Shown here: positions 9,516 to 19,438 of the stretch, one piece after another | Numbering within the stretch: the first letter of the stretch is position 1 | How the letters are laid out: each line of letters starts with the position of its first letter | Assembly: GCA_038861545.1 (NCBI GenBank) | Contig: JAWCCZ010000002.1 | Coordinates: 64,001 to 128,000, forward strand | DNA: 64,000 nt | Direction of reading: 5' to 3' | Source: Thermofilaceae archaeon | GTDB lineage: Archaea > Thermoproteota > Thermoprotei > Thermofilales > Thermofilaceae | The notes under the pieces: model-generated | What the model saw: the letters and a program-made list of their open reading frames with translations, nothing else | Told to the model about the DNA's origin: nothing | The model's database searches: none | Program-made: the position numbers and the translations under genes

Positions 9516-10492
9516 GCAACAATTATCTGCTCGCGCTAGAGAGTGTGACAAAAAGTTATTCCGTCGGCGGTTTCTACAGCAGGAGGATAATCAACGCTAT
9601 TGAAAATGTTTCGTTTAAACTCCCCTCTGAACCGGTAGTAACGGCTCTTGTTGGAGAAAGCGGTAGCGGGAAAACGACGATAGCTAAGATAATCCTCGGT
9701 TTGATTAAACCGACAGCGGGGGAGGTTTTGTATAAAGGTAGGGACGTATTCGAAATCCTCGAGGAGGACAGCTTATGGTACAGAAGAGAAGTTCAAGCTA
9801 TTTTCCAAGACCCATACGAGGCATACAACCCTTTCTACAGGGTAGATAGGGTACTGAAGACAGCCGTCGAAAAATTCGGGTTAGCTAATAACGAGCGTGA
9901 AGCTATGGAGCTAATAAATCAAGCACTAGAAACAGTTGGATTAAGGCCTCAAGATATACTCGGCAGGTACCCTCACCAGCTTAGTGGAGGAGAAAGGCAG
10001 AGGTTGATGCTGGCGAGGGTGTTCCTAATTAAGCCTAAGCTTATTGTAGCTGACGAACCCGTCTCCATGATAGACGTCTCTTTGAAGGCGGTCTTCCTAG
10101 ATAATTTAAGGCTCTTTAAAGAGAGATACGGGATCTCGTGTATCTATATAACTCACGACCTTAACACGGCTAACTACGTAGCCGATAACGCGGTAGTTTT
10201 GAACTACGGCAGGGTCGTGGAAATCGGCGATATAGATTCGATAATAAAGGAGCCACTCCACCCATACACAGTCATGTTGATCAACTCTATTTTAATGCCT
10301 GATCCGAGAATGAGGAAAACAGCTAGGAGTGAGTTCAGACTTAGTGAAACCACCCTAAGGGAGTTACGGCCTAAAGTCGGATGCGTTTACCAGCGAAGAT
10401 GCCCTAAAGCTACGGATACGTGCTTTAAAGCACAGCCGGATTTAATTGAAGTTAGAAAAGGTCATTACGTCGCTTGCCTCCTTTACCAGTAA
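9512..10492 (+). CDS. ABC transporter ATP-binding protein, DppF/OppF family
   Basis: GESGSGKTT, FQDPY, LSGGERQR, ADEP, HPYT, C-terminal Cys motif. Confidence 0.95.
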   Translation: MSNNYLLALESVTKSYSVGGFYSRRIINAIENVSFKLPSEPVVTALVGESGSGKTTIAKIILGLIKPTAGEVLYKGRDVFEILEEDSLWYRREVQAIFQDPYEAYNPFYRVDRVLKTAVEKFGLANNEREAMELINQALETVGLRPQDILGRYPHQLSGGERQRLMLARVFLIKPKLIVADEPVSMIDVSLKAVFLDNLRLFKERYGISCIYITHDLNTANYVADNAVVLNYGRVVEIGDIDSIIKEPLHPYTVMLINSILMPDPRMRKTARSEFRLSETTLRELRPKVGCVYQRRCPKATDTCFKAQPDLIEVRKGHYVACLLYQ

Positions 10493-10990
10493 CTAGGGGT
10501 TCACCGATTTCCTTAAGCTTGGTTTAATGATAGCGATCAACTTAGCGATTTTCTCCTCTGGAAGCCTGGCTAGAATTTCTATTTTTTCGCCTAAGTTGCT
10601 CTTCGGACAAAGTTTGCACTGCGGTAGATGCGCAGCGTACGCGATGAATGGTGTGCAGTTAAAAGAATCCGCACAGGATTTCATTTCCTCTAGAAACAGC
10701 CTGCTTGGGTAGCCGACAATCACGCCCTCGATGTAATCTGAATCCCCCAGTAAAACGATTATAGGCGCGTAAAAACTAGTGTTATACAGCTCTTTGGTTA
10801 TGTTCAATGTCAAAAGCTCGGCTTCGCCCTTATTCAATGTCACTACAACGTAGTTTTCAAAGTACTCTCTAAAATCGGAGAGAACACTCTCATCTAAAAC
10901 GAGAGCGGTTTTCACCTTTTTTTCGAACGCAGCGAAGTAGAATCCTAGGCATATGAAGACAGTTACGAGAAGTACTGGTATCAGTAGCAT
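10493..10990 (-). CDS. Hypothetical membrane-anchored/secreted protein
   Basis: Likely ATG at 10990 (MLLIPVLLVTVFICLGFYF), within ORF 10493-11041; CxxC near C-terminus. Confidence 0.55.
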   Translation of the reverse strand: MLLIPVLLVTVFICLGFYFAAFEKKVKTALVLDESVLSDFREYFENYVVVTLNKGEAELLTLNITKELYNTSFYAPIIVLLGDSDYIEGVIVGYPSRLFLEEMKSCADSFNCTPFIAYAAHLPQCKLCPKSNLGEKIEILARLPEEKIAKLIAIIKPSLRKSVNP

Positions 10991-11100
10991 CGGTAAGTAT
11001 TTGCATCTCGAAAACCCCTTAGCTCTCAGCAGCGAGAACACCGCCGTAAGGTCCCCTTCATCCTAATAATTTTGACTATAGGTTAGCTTACCACTTTCCC

Positions 11101-11898
11101 CTATGCGCTGATATCCCGATACCAGTCTGTGTACAACTTATTCTTAACCAGCTTGAGGACGGGTATAGTTTCCCTACTCTCTTTTACGAGCGACGCATCG
11201 AAGTCTACCATGAACACTCCCTCACCTTCATCGAGCTCGGATTGAATCACACCCATCGGGTTAACAGCAAGGCTATGACCGGTGAAAAGCTTGCCGGACT
11301 GGTTTGCAGCAACAAGGTAAGCGGTGTTTTCATGAGCTCTAGCGGAGGTTAGTACTCGCCACTGCTCAAGCTTGTACGGCCCCCTGTACCAAGCAGCGGG
11401 GACAGCGAACAGCTCAACCCCTCGCAAGGACATAGCCCGGAATAACTCGGGGAAACGCAAGTCGAAACACACCGCTAATCCCACTGTTAAGTCGTTAACC
11501 TTCGCGAGAGCTAGTTGGGAGCCTGCCGCGAACAATATAGATTCCCTGTAACCGAAAGCGTCAAAAAGGTGTATTTTCCTGTACAAGGCCTTGATAGCAC
11601 CCCTGTCCACGAGAGCAGCCGCATTGTAAACCGCGTTGCCCTCCCTTAAGTAAAGGGTGAAAACTACAGCTAAACCCTTTTCATGCGATTTCTCAGCAAT
11701 TTTCACGGTAAACTCTCCATCGATGGGCTCTGCCTGCTTTAAAACGAAATCTCTGTTTAACCCATTTTCCGGGATACCCATCAGGTATTCCGGGAATACC
11801 ACGAGATCCGCATCAATAGAGTCGAGAACGTTTAAAACCAGCCTCAGGTTATCGAGCTTAAGCGGTTTAGCTGGAAACTGTATAACCGCGACTCTCAC
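11101..11898 (-). CDS. Carbon-nitrogen hydrolase (Nit1-like amidase)
   Basis: Catalytic triad motifs FPEY, YRKIHLFD, VCFDLRFPE. Confidence 0.92.
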   Translation of the reverse strand: MRVAVIQFPAKPLKLDNLRLVLNVLDSIDADLVVFPEYLMGIPENGLNRDFVLKQAEPIDGEFTVKIAEKSHEKGLAVVFTLYLREGNAVYNAAALVDRGAIKALYRKIHLFDAFGYRESILFAAGSQLALAKVNDLTVGLAVCFDLRFPELFRAMSLRGVELFAVPAAWYRGPYKLEQWRVLTSARAHENTAYLVAANQSGKLFTGHSLAVNPMGVIQSELDEGEGVFMVDFDASLVKESRETIPVLKLVKNKLYTDWYRDISA

Positions 11899-12307
11899 AC
11901 GTATAAGTTGAAAGGGGTAAATAATTCTTTTACTTTTGTTAACTAAAAACTGTAAACCAAATGGAGAAAACAGAGGTTAGAAATATATTCCTAGAACGCT
12001 ATTATAATGATCCAATATGACAGAAAAGGAAGCTCAAGGCAAAAAACAAGGCAGGGGATGCAAAAGAAAATCGAAGGGAAATGTAAAATCCGAAAAACAA
12101 TGATAAGTAAGGAATAACAATTTTTCAAATAAATAAGGCCTAAATATAATCTTTTCTCTCTTACTTCAAGTTCGAGTTTCTTCACCAATAATACAATGGA
12201 CTATATGTAGCTTTGGGAAAATAGACAGGTCATCTTAAGTAATAAAGTAAATAAAAAATATCATTTTATAAATACTCCATAGCTCTAAAGAGAATTTTTC
12301 TAATTTT

Positions 12308-12738
12308 ATGGGAAAGGAGATTCAATCAGTATAGGATCCTCTAAAGCCCGAGTACAAATCCCTAAACCCTTGACATGTACTGTGCATGACTCGTGTGAAG
12401 AGACGCTCAATCGCGGAGCTGGTTGATAAGAGAAGGCTGGTGGAGCTGCCCCCACTTGAAAGAGGTGAAGTTTTACAGAGCTTGTTCTCGGAGTTCTATC
12501 CGACACTCAGGTGGAACTTTTCTTGGGGACTCCCTATGGTTACTTCTTTAAGAAGAAGATAAAGAAAGTGTAGATTCTCGTAGTAGACGAGCCGGACACC
12601 TACACACTTCAGGGGGAAACAAACGAGGAAAGTACTGAAGCATTTACAGGGAAGGGATTTCTAATATCTAGAACCAATCGAGTAGTAAGGATAGGCGATA
12701 CTCTTATGATGTTGATAGAGGGTATAGGGAACGATTAA
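12308..12738 (+). pseudogene. Degraded ORF of unknown family
   Basis: TATA-like tttataa upstream of ATG; protein-like reading broken by stops and a frameshift, ending ...RVVRIGDTLMMLIEGIGND*; T-tract follows. Confidence 0.35.
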
Positions 12739-13023
12739 AACACTTTTTTATTTTTTAAATTCCTTTATCAGCTACTGGAGTTAAAGAACGTTGTTATAGG
12801 ATGCTCAGAGCAGCCGAGGTCGTCACCTTTCCGCCCTTGCAAGCCTCTTCATCGCTATGAGTTATATGCATAGGAGTTCAAGTAATTATCGCCTTCACTG
12901 TACATTTATGTAAAAAGGTTAAAGATATCTAAGCCTTCACATTGTTATATGGTAAATTTTTTATATTATTATGGGGTATAATTTAATAAAGTTTAATAAT
13001 AACGCTTACAAACATTCCTTTCT

Positions 13024-14253
13024 ATGAAAAAAGCATGGATTTCATGTATAGTATTAACGGTGCTCCTAGTAGTATTCTTGGTTCCATCAGCTAATACCCA
13101 GAAGAAAGTTAGAGTGGTTGTAGGTTTCGAAGATGAAAACGCGCTTGTTGAGATCTTAAACCTACCTGGTGCGGAAAAGGTTAAGATTATACCTGAAATT
13201 AAGGTAATGGTTCTATACCTCCCTGAAGGGATATTCAACAACTTCAGGAGGGGGAAGGGTTTAAGGTATATTGAAAATGATGGGATAGCATATACGCTGG
13301 AGTTTTCAAGCTCAGATATACTCTGGAACGTAAAAATGATTAACACAGATAAAGTTTGGAACACTTACTTTCCGCAGATGGGTTGGAGTGCTCTAGGGCG
13401 AGGAGTTGTAGTCGCCGTCTTGGATACAGGAGTTGACTATAATCACCCTGAGTTGAAATCGAGACTAGCCTGGTGTGCGTATACGCTCGGTACAAGGACC
13501 TATACTGGTACAAATCTAAAGAACTGTGCTGATGGAAATGGTCATGGGACTCATGTAACTGGGATTATCGCCTCCGCGATTAACGGTGTCGGTAACGCTG
13601 GTGTTGCCCCAAACGTAACCATATATGTAGTTAAGGTTCTAAGTAATTCGGGCTCCGGCACTTACAGTGATATCGCGGAAGGTATTATACTGGCTGTAAA
13701 GGGTCCAGACGGGATAGTTGGAACCAGCGACGATGCGAAAATTCTGAGCATGTCTCTAGGAGGGAGTAGCGACAACTCTGTGCTACGTGATGCTGTTTCA
13801 TGGGCTTACAGTAACGGTGCAGTTATAGTAGCCGCAGCTGGAAACTCTGGTGACGGCAATCCATCCACGAATAATGTAGCGTACCCAGCGAAGTATAGCC
13901 AGGTAATTGCTGTAGCCGCTGTAGACTCTAGCGGGAATGTGCCAAGCTGGAGCAGTGATGGAGTTGAGGTAGATGTGGCAGCTCCTGGGGTTAACATTTA
14001 TTCAACATATAAGAACTCGGGCTACGCTACAGCTTCAGGAACTAGCATGGCCACGCCGCATGTATCGGCAACTATTGCGTTAATCCAAGCATTAAGGTTA
14101 GCTCAAGGGAAAGCACCTTTTACTTTTAATCAAGTCTATGAGACTTTAACAAGGACAACAAAAGATGTGAGTAGCCCGGGATTCGATGTTTTCTCCGGCT
14201 ATGGACTCATTGACGGATTAGCTGCGATTGAATATGCTTTAAATCAGCCTTAA
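13024..14253 (+). CDS. Secreted subtilisin-like serine protease (S8) with propeptide
   Basis: Signal peptide; LDTGVD, HGTHVTG, AAAGNSG, GTSMATPH. Confidence 0.96.
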   Translation: MKKAWISCIVLTVLLVVFLVPSANTQKKVRVVVGFEDENALVEILNLPGAEKVKIIPEIKVMVLYLPEGIFNNFRRGKGLRYIENDGIAYTLEFSSSDILWNVKMINTDKVWNTYFPQMGWSALGRGVVVAVLDTGVDYNHPELKSRLAWCAYTLGTRTYTGTNLKNCADGNGHGTHVTGIIASAINGVGNAGVAPNVTIYVVKVLSNSGSGTYSDIAEGIILAVKGPDGIVGTSDDAKILSMSLGGSSDNSVLRDAVSWAYSNGAVIVAAAGNSGDGNPSTNNVAYPAKYSQVIAVAAVDSSGNVPSWSSDGVEVDVAAPGVNIYSTYKNSGYATASGTSMATPHVSATIALIQALRLAQGKAPFTFNQVYETLTRTTKDVSSPGFDVFSGYGLIDGLAAIEYALNQP

Positions 14254-14306
14254 AGAAGGACTTTCTCTTTACTTTCTTCTGGATTATTTTTCATAAGAGT
14301 TTTCAT

Positions 14307-15161
14307 TTATACATGGGCACGTACACCCGATAAAGCCCGTCCTACAGTTGATGGAGCGAATTTACGTGCCATGTGTTCTCCAATTACTAGTGCACGCACG
14401 AGAGCTTTTCCAAACTCTGTTAGTTCCACTCTCCGCTCTCGCCCCTCCTGAGCTTTCTCAATTAACCCCTCCTCCTCCATTTCCTTCAATAGTCTACTGT
14501 AGTACGCTTTCACAGCGGCATTATTCTCTGGGTCATCCCCGCATGCTCTGATGAGCTCCATCACGCTTCTCGCAGCTCCGTTCATTGAATAAAGAGTTAA
14601 GAGAGTTTTCAGCTTACGGCCTTCACTGTCAGTAGCCTGCACGGGGGGTAAGACCCTCTTTCGAGGCATCGCTAGGTTCGCGATAGTTTGCATACGTGCC
14701 GAGTCTTTCTGTTCCACCCAGTCGTCGAACTCAGGGGTTCTTGGATCGGGGATGAAATCCCCGCGGACGTCGGAGATAACCCCATAAACTTCCACATTCT
14801 CAAACATCATAGCAACTGCGCCGGCGGCTGCGGCCATGAGAGACGGCATATCGGTAACATCTATGTACACCTTTTGCGTTCTCTTGTATACCAACTCATG
14901 GTGCAGTATCGCGTAAAGCCTGCTGAAAACGCTTACAGTGCTGAGCGGATTAACGGGAAGTTTAACTGGTCTGAAGAAGGATAACTCTCTAGCCACCTTC
15001 CTTGCATTCCTCCTCGACACCACCTTGTAACGGTCTAGGGGGTCAGATTTACCGTCGTAGAGAAGGTAAACGCGGTCAACAGGTTCTCTACGTCTGATTT
15101 CGTCGAAGCCCTCTAGTATTAATGTCGGATGAAAGCCTACGTAGTGCACCGTGACGGCCAT
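14307..15161 (-). CDS. CARF-like (DUF6293/Csa3-like) + winged-HTH transcriptional regulator
   Basis: N-terminal VHYVGF...DRVYLL...VYIDVT Rossmann-like pattern; C-terminal YSRLLKEMEEEGLIEK...GRERRVELTEFG wHTH. Confidence 0.75.
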   Translation of the reverse strand: MAVTVHYVGFHPTLILEGFDEIRRREPVDRVYLLYDGKSDPLDRYKVVSRRNARKVARELSFFRPVKLPVNPLSTVSVFSRLYAILHHELVYKRTQKVYIDVTDMPSLMAAAAGAVAMMFENVEVYGVISDVRGDFIPDPRTPEFDDWVEQKDSARMQTIANLAMPRKRVLPPVQATDSEGRKLKTLLTLYSMNGAARSVMELIRACGDDPENNAAVKAYYSRLLKEMEEEGLIEKAQEGRERRVELTEFGKALVRALVIGEHMARKFAPSTVGRALSGVRAHV

Positions 15162-15185
15162 GACTTCCCGCCTTATTACGCGAAT

Positions 15186-15199
15186 TATACTACAGTATA
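15186..15199. promoter_or_regulatory. Palindrome between TATA box and start of the CARF-wHTH gene (candidate operator)
   Basis: TATACT-AC-AGTATA; TATA element at ~15217-15227. Confidence 0.35.
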
Positions 15200-15263
15200 C
15201 CTAGTTGTGTAACCAGTATATATATTTAGCTCAACATTTGCGGCTTAGCCGTAAACTGTACGC

Positions 15264-15313
15264 TTTTCATGTAACTATCCATCGGGATTTACTTCTGAAA
15301 AGTTGCATGAAAA
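15264..15313. promoter_or_regulatory. Inverted repeat in the divergent CARF/nurA promoter
   Basis: TTTTCATGTAACT (15264-15276) and AGTTGCATGAAAA (15301-15313), 12/13 complementary. Confidence 0.4.
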
Positions 15314-15418
15314 TGCTACTGTTCGCAATAACTGTAACCTTAGTAATGGTGGTGAAAACTTTTTCCTAATTGGTTACCATCTTTAACTTTTTAAGGTGAC
15401 TTCCGTAGATATAGTAGA

Positions 15419-16453
15419 ATGTATAGAAGCGAGTTATTTGCGAGCTTTGAGAAAGCAGATCTTGAAATACTCGTCCAAAGGCTGAAAAAATTATACGAGG
15501 AACGACGCCGGTATTCGCAGGCTTCCCTTGACGGTACGTTTCTCCTTAAACCAGTTCCTGTACTCAATCTCTTCGGCAGGACTGTAAGAGGAGTTCCCGT
15601 CGACGATTCGAGAATCAGAGTTCTCGAATCTATACCTCATGCAAAACTCACAGTTGCTGTAGACGCGAGCGCTAAGGTTCTCTTCAACCTGGGTTCCACC
15701 ATTATAGTAGAAAGCAAAGCTGTTACTCTAGCTTATAGGGGGTTCCGCAGAGTAGCGGAAATTCAATCGAAAAGGGTTTCTCTGGTCAGCAGTAAAGCGG
15801 AGGCTGCAGAATGGTTGCTGCGAGTTGAATACGAGGTCGCGTTAAGGGCTCTCAACAGCTTGGGCGGTAGTGGTTACCTACTTATGGATCGGAGCTTAAC
15901 GGTATCGCCGCTTTACAGGGCTACAACCAGAGAGCTCGTAGGAAGAGTTGAAAGGAGAGCTTTAGCAGCCGGGTTAGTTCCAGTTGGTTTACCTAAGCAC
16001 ACAAAGCTTGCCCTTGACACAGGAGAAAGCCTGCTCGGGTATATCGCAAGCTTAGCTGAGAAAAGGTTAAACAGCTCACCGTGGCTCTACTACCCGGTTT
16101 TCAGACTTGAAAGCCTCCCCCCTTGGATGCTAGGTGCCCCTGTGGTAGTAAAGTTCTCGGAGATTAGCGGAAATGTGCTACGCGTCGATATATCAAGGAA
16201 AGCTCTGGCTAGGTTCGACTACGATGGCCTACTGGGAGAACTGGCGTTCCTGCAAGATGTTTCCTCCCCCGGTTACCCCTATCCACTAAAAGCAGCACAT
16301 GAAGCCTCAAAAATCAGCGAGAGTGAAATAGAGTTAGATAGAATGGCTATTCTTGAAGCCTTAAGCTCACGAGGTATTAGGAATCGTCTACTCCTCGATT
16401 CCACAGCGAGTACGAGTTTTAAGGAGAAAAGCCTTTGGGGTGACACATTCTGA
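15419..16453 (+). CDS. nurA: NurA family nuclease
   Basis: AVDAS, MDRSL, C-terminal GYPYPLKAAHE motifs; coupled to herA. Confidence 0.85.
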   Translation: MYRSELFASFEKADLEILVQRLKKLYEERRRYSQASLDGTFLLKPVPVLNLFGRTVRGVPVDDSRIRVLESIPHAKLTVAVDASAKVLFNLGSTIIVESKAVTLAYRGFRRVAEIQSKRVSLVSSKAEAAEWLLRVEYEVALRALNSLGGSGYLLMDRSLTVSPLYRATTRELVGRVERRALAAGLVPVGLPKHTKLALDTGESLLGYIASLAEKRLNSSPWLYYPVFRLESLPPWMLGAPVVVKFSEISGNVLRVDISRKALARFDYDGLLGELAFLQDVSSPGYPYPLKAAHEASKISESEIELDRMAILEALSSRGIRNRLLLDSTASTSFKEKSLWGDTF

Positions 16454-18060
16454 AACTGGGCGTTATTACTTGGGTTGAAGGGACAACTGTAAAGTTTAGA
16501 ATACTCGAGGATGTCCGCGTAGAGAGGGGGCAGCTCGTAAAGGTGCATGACGGGGGTAGGAAGTACGTTATGAGGGTCTATGATTTTAGGCCGGAGAGCC
16601 TTTTAACACCGGCAGAGGTGGCAGCCGCGAGCCATGCCGCTGCGAGAGGAGGTAAAGTAGCGTTGTACGATGACAGCTTACGCCTATACGATACAGCTTT
16701 AGCAGCCATCCTTTGCCAAGTCGAGGAGGACGGTAAGGTGCAGGGCCCCACATCTGTACCACGGCTTTTCATGGATGTAGAATCGCTTGAGGGTGAAGAT
16801 CTCAAGCAGTTGCGTCTCGATACAGGGGATCTCGTTATCGGTTTGGTTCGGGTTGGACATAAGCCTTCAAATGCCATCGTAGCGTTAGATGGTTCGAGGG
16901 TTATACCCCATCACGTTCTTGTCTGTGGTGTTACGGGAGCCGGTAAGTCAAACCTTGGGAAAGTACTAGCGGCAGCGTTCATGTTAGCGCCAAGCGATTA
17001 CAGCCTAGTGCTCTTCGACTGCGAAAGTGAGTACCTTGCTGGCTCGGAGCCCGGCAAGTATGGTTTAGCGCACCTTCCTGTAGCTGAGGAGAAACTTTTT
17101 CTCGTAACTCCGAGAGTTGACGAGCCGACGAGAATGAGGTTAGAGCTAGAGCTGGCTGGCGAAATCGTTGAGAGGGAAGTCACTGCTCATCCGTTGAAAG
17201 TAGACCTATCGGCTCTTCACCCGTATGATTTCGCAATGACTGGAGAGTTTACAGAGCCTCAAGAGGAATTGCTCTGGCTTGCTTACAGAACTTTCGAAAG
17301 AGAATGGTTGGATATTTTAACCACGGTGGATTCGAGAAGTCTTCACAAACGGCTTGGAGGTATGGCCACAGTGAACACGATAGCTGTAACTAGGAGGAAG
17401 CTTCGCCACCTGCTAGGCGTAGATGGAATATTTGTGCCCGGCGCTCCCGGCGATCTCTTCAAAGCTGTGCTCGGAGCGGTCCAAAGCGGTAAGGTGGTTT
17501 TATTCGATATGCCATTCGCCGGTGAGGGGGAAGAGAAACTTTTGACAATAGCTGTAGCTAGAAGGCTGTTCCACGCGTACGAGAAAGCACGAAAATACTC
17601 ACCTGAGGAATGGGAACAGCTCCCCCACGTTTTAATAGCGGTGGAAGAAGCTCATAGGTACCTTTCCAAGCAAGCCGTAAGTGGCGGTGAGAACCGTGAG
17701 AATATTTTTACTGTGATCGCGAAAAGAGGGAGGAAGTATAAAGTTGGCGCACTTTATATAACTCAGATGCCAGGCGAGTTAATGGAAACCGTAATTCGAC
17801 AAGCACTTACGAAAATCATTTTACCATTACCGACAAAACCCGACCTAATCAAAGTCATTCAATACAGCCCATACTTAGATGAGGCTGAGCAGGAGATCCG
17901 CACACTTGATAGAGGAGAAGCGTTACTTGTATCACCCCCCAGCGGTATGAGGTTCGCTGTTCCCATAAAAGTGCTCAGCTATGAAGAACTTGTAGAAACA
18001 CTCGTCTCTAGCGAACCAGATAACGTGGGAACAGCAGCACGAGCAGTACACACAGTGTAA
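16450..18060 (+). CDS. herA: HerA-like FtsK/HerA ATPase with N-terminal HAS-barrel; probable CTG start
   Basis: GVTGAGKSN, FDCESEY, VEEAHRY, KRGRKY, TQMP, LDRGEALL; frame open from 16444 with HAS-barrel-like KLGVITWVEG...; ORF track starts at 16543. Confidence 0.88.
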   Translation: MKLGVITWVEGTTVKFRILEDVRVERGQLVKVHDGGRKYVMRVYDFRPESLLTPAEVAAASHAAARGGKVALYDDSLRLYDTALAAILCQVEEDGKVQGPTSVPRLFMDVESLEGEDLKQLRLDTGDLVIGLVRVGHKPSNAIVALDGSRVIPHHVLVCGVTGAGKSNLGKVLAAAFMLAPSDYSLVLFDCESEYLAGSEPGKYGLAHLPVAEEKLFLVTPRVDEPTRMRLELELAGEIVEREVTAHPLKVDLSALHPYDFAMTGEFTEPQEELLWLAYRTFEREWLDILTTVDSRSLHKRLGGMATVNTIAVTRRKLRHLLGVDGIFVPGAPGDLFKAVLGAVQSGKVVLFDMPFAGEGEEKLLTIAVARRLFHAYEKARKYSPEEWEQLPHVLIAVEEAHRYLSKQAVSGGENRENIFTVIAKRGRKYKVGALYITQMPGELMETVIRQALTKIILPLPTKPDLIKVIQYSPYLDEAEQEIRTLDRGEALLVSPPSGMRFAVPIKVLSYEELVETLVSSEPDNVGTAARAVHTV

Positions 18061-18177
18061 GTGGTTAACTTGTCGACAGGCAATTAAGCTGTAAAGCCGT
18101 TTTCCAAACTTAACTTTGTTCTTCAGACTTGAACGTGAACTTATGGGAACCTTTTAGCTTACGGTAAGTGTTCTCAA

Positions 18178-19404
18178 CTAATCCCCTTTAGAGTACACGG
18201 TTCTTGTTTCACGAGTAGTGGCGACATAAACGCTATCAACTTTAAGTAGTAGTATAATCATTACTGTCCTCATTGCCGCGGAAAGCGCTAAACCATATCT
18301 TACCCCCTCCCAGCCAGCATTTTCGATGATTCGATCTGTTACCACGCCGCCAACTGCTGAGCCTAGGGAAGCCGCGACACCTTGAAGCAGGTTTAGATAA
18401 GCCAAATAACTGGCTTTATGCTCCGGATCGGCAAGCTCCATAGCGTATAAGGGGATAGCCACCATACCCATAGCGGAGAAGGGGCCGGAGAAAAACTGCC
18501 AAAGGTAGATAGGTAGGGGATGATGCGCCACCGCATACACTGTTGGAAACATTACGAGCCCTATTCTGCTGATTACTATGAGCTTCTTAAGATCACGACC
18601 GCCTATTCTTTTACCTATTACGTATTGTGATGCTACAGTGGAAGAGGTTGAAAGCACGTTGAGAACCGCTAAATCTTTTACACTCATGTCTAAGACATAG
18701 CTTTGAGCGAGGGGAAAGAGAGGCCAAGCTACAGCCATTGCGAAAGTGTAAGCTGAGTTAGCAACTGTAAACTTGATGAAACTCTTGTCTTGTAAGATGA
18801 TAGGGCTTGGACGGTGAGTAGCCGATACTGTATGCCTTTTCTCATCAAGGTTCAACATTGCTAGCCATGTAACAGACGAACCTAAGCTGATTAAACCCGA
18901 AATCATGAAAAAAATTCTCATATCCTCTACGCTAGGGTTTAAGTAAAGCATAATAGCGAAAACTGGAAGAGCGCAAAGCTGAGCTGCGGCGTTCAAATAG
19001 CTGAGAACCTTCCCCCTTTCTTCTCCAAGGAAGAGGGTTCCTACAAGGGCCGTCAGCGCTAAGCCAGCGACTCCGACTACTACTGCTCTCGCGGTTATCA
19101 AAGTAACGAGTAGTAACGGGTCGAGAGTCAATGAGACCGCAATCCATAGTAGAGAAGCCGCAAACGAGGAAATCAAGAGAAATTTTACATGTTTTCCCGA
19201 GCGATCCAGCCAAGAACCAGCAATCACCTGCGTAACCGTGGGCAGTGAATTCACAGACATCTGAAGGATACCTTGCAGTGTCCCGGAGCCACTTAAGGAC
19301 GCGAAGTAATAGCCTATGTAGGGTGCTGATAAGTTATCCGCAAGTGAAACCAGTGATTGCCTAATTAAAAGCACCTGCTTTGTACCACGCTTATCTTCAC
19401 CCAC
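18178..19404 (-). CDS. MFS transporter
   Basis: About 12 hydrophobic segments; GSWLDRSGK motif A. Confidence 0.85.
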   Translation of the reverse strand: MGEDKRGTKQVLLIRQSLVSLADNLSAPYIGYYFASLSGSGTLQGILQMSVNSLPTVTQVIAGSWLDRSGKHVKFLLISSFAASLLWIAVSLTLDPLLLVTLITARAVVVGVAGLALTALVGTLFLGEERGKVLSYLNAAAQLCALPVFAIMLYLNPSVEDMRIFFMISGLISLGSSVTWLAMLNLDEKRHTVSATHRPSPIILQDKSFIKFTVANSAYTFAMAVAWPLFPLAQSYVLDMSVKDLAVLNVLSTSSTVASQYVIGKRIGGRDLKKLIVISRIGLVMFPTVYAVAHHPLPIYLWQFFSGPFSAMGMVAIPLYAMELADPEHKASYLAYLNLLQGVAASLGSAVGGVVTDRIIENAGWEGVRYGLALSAAMRTVMIILLLKVDSVYVATTRETRTVYSKGD

Positions 19405-19438
19405 GAAGATTGGGCTTCAAAAGGGCTAGCTCAAAAAC

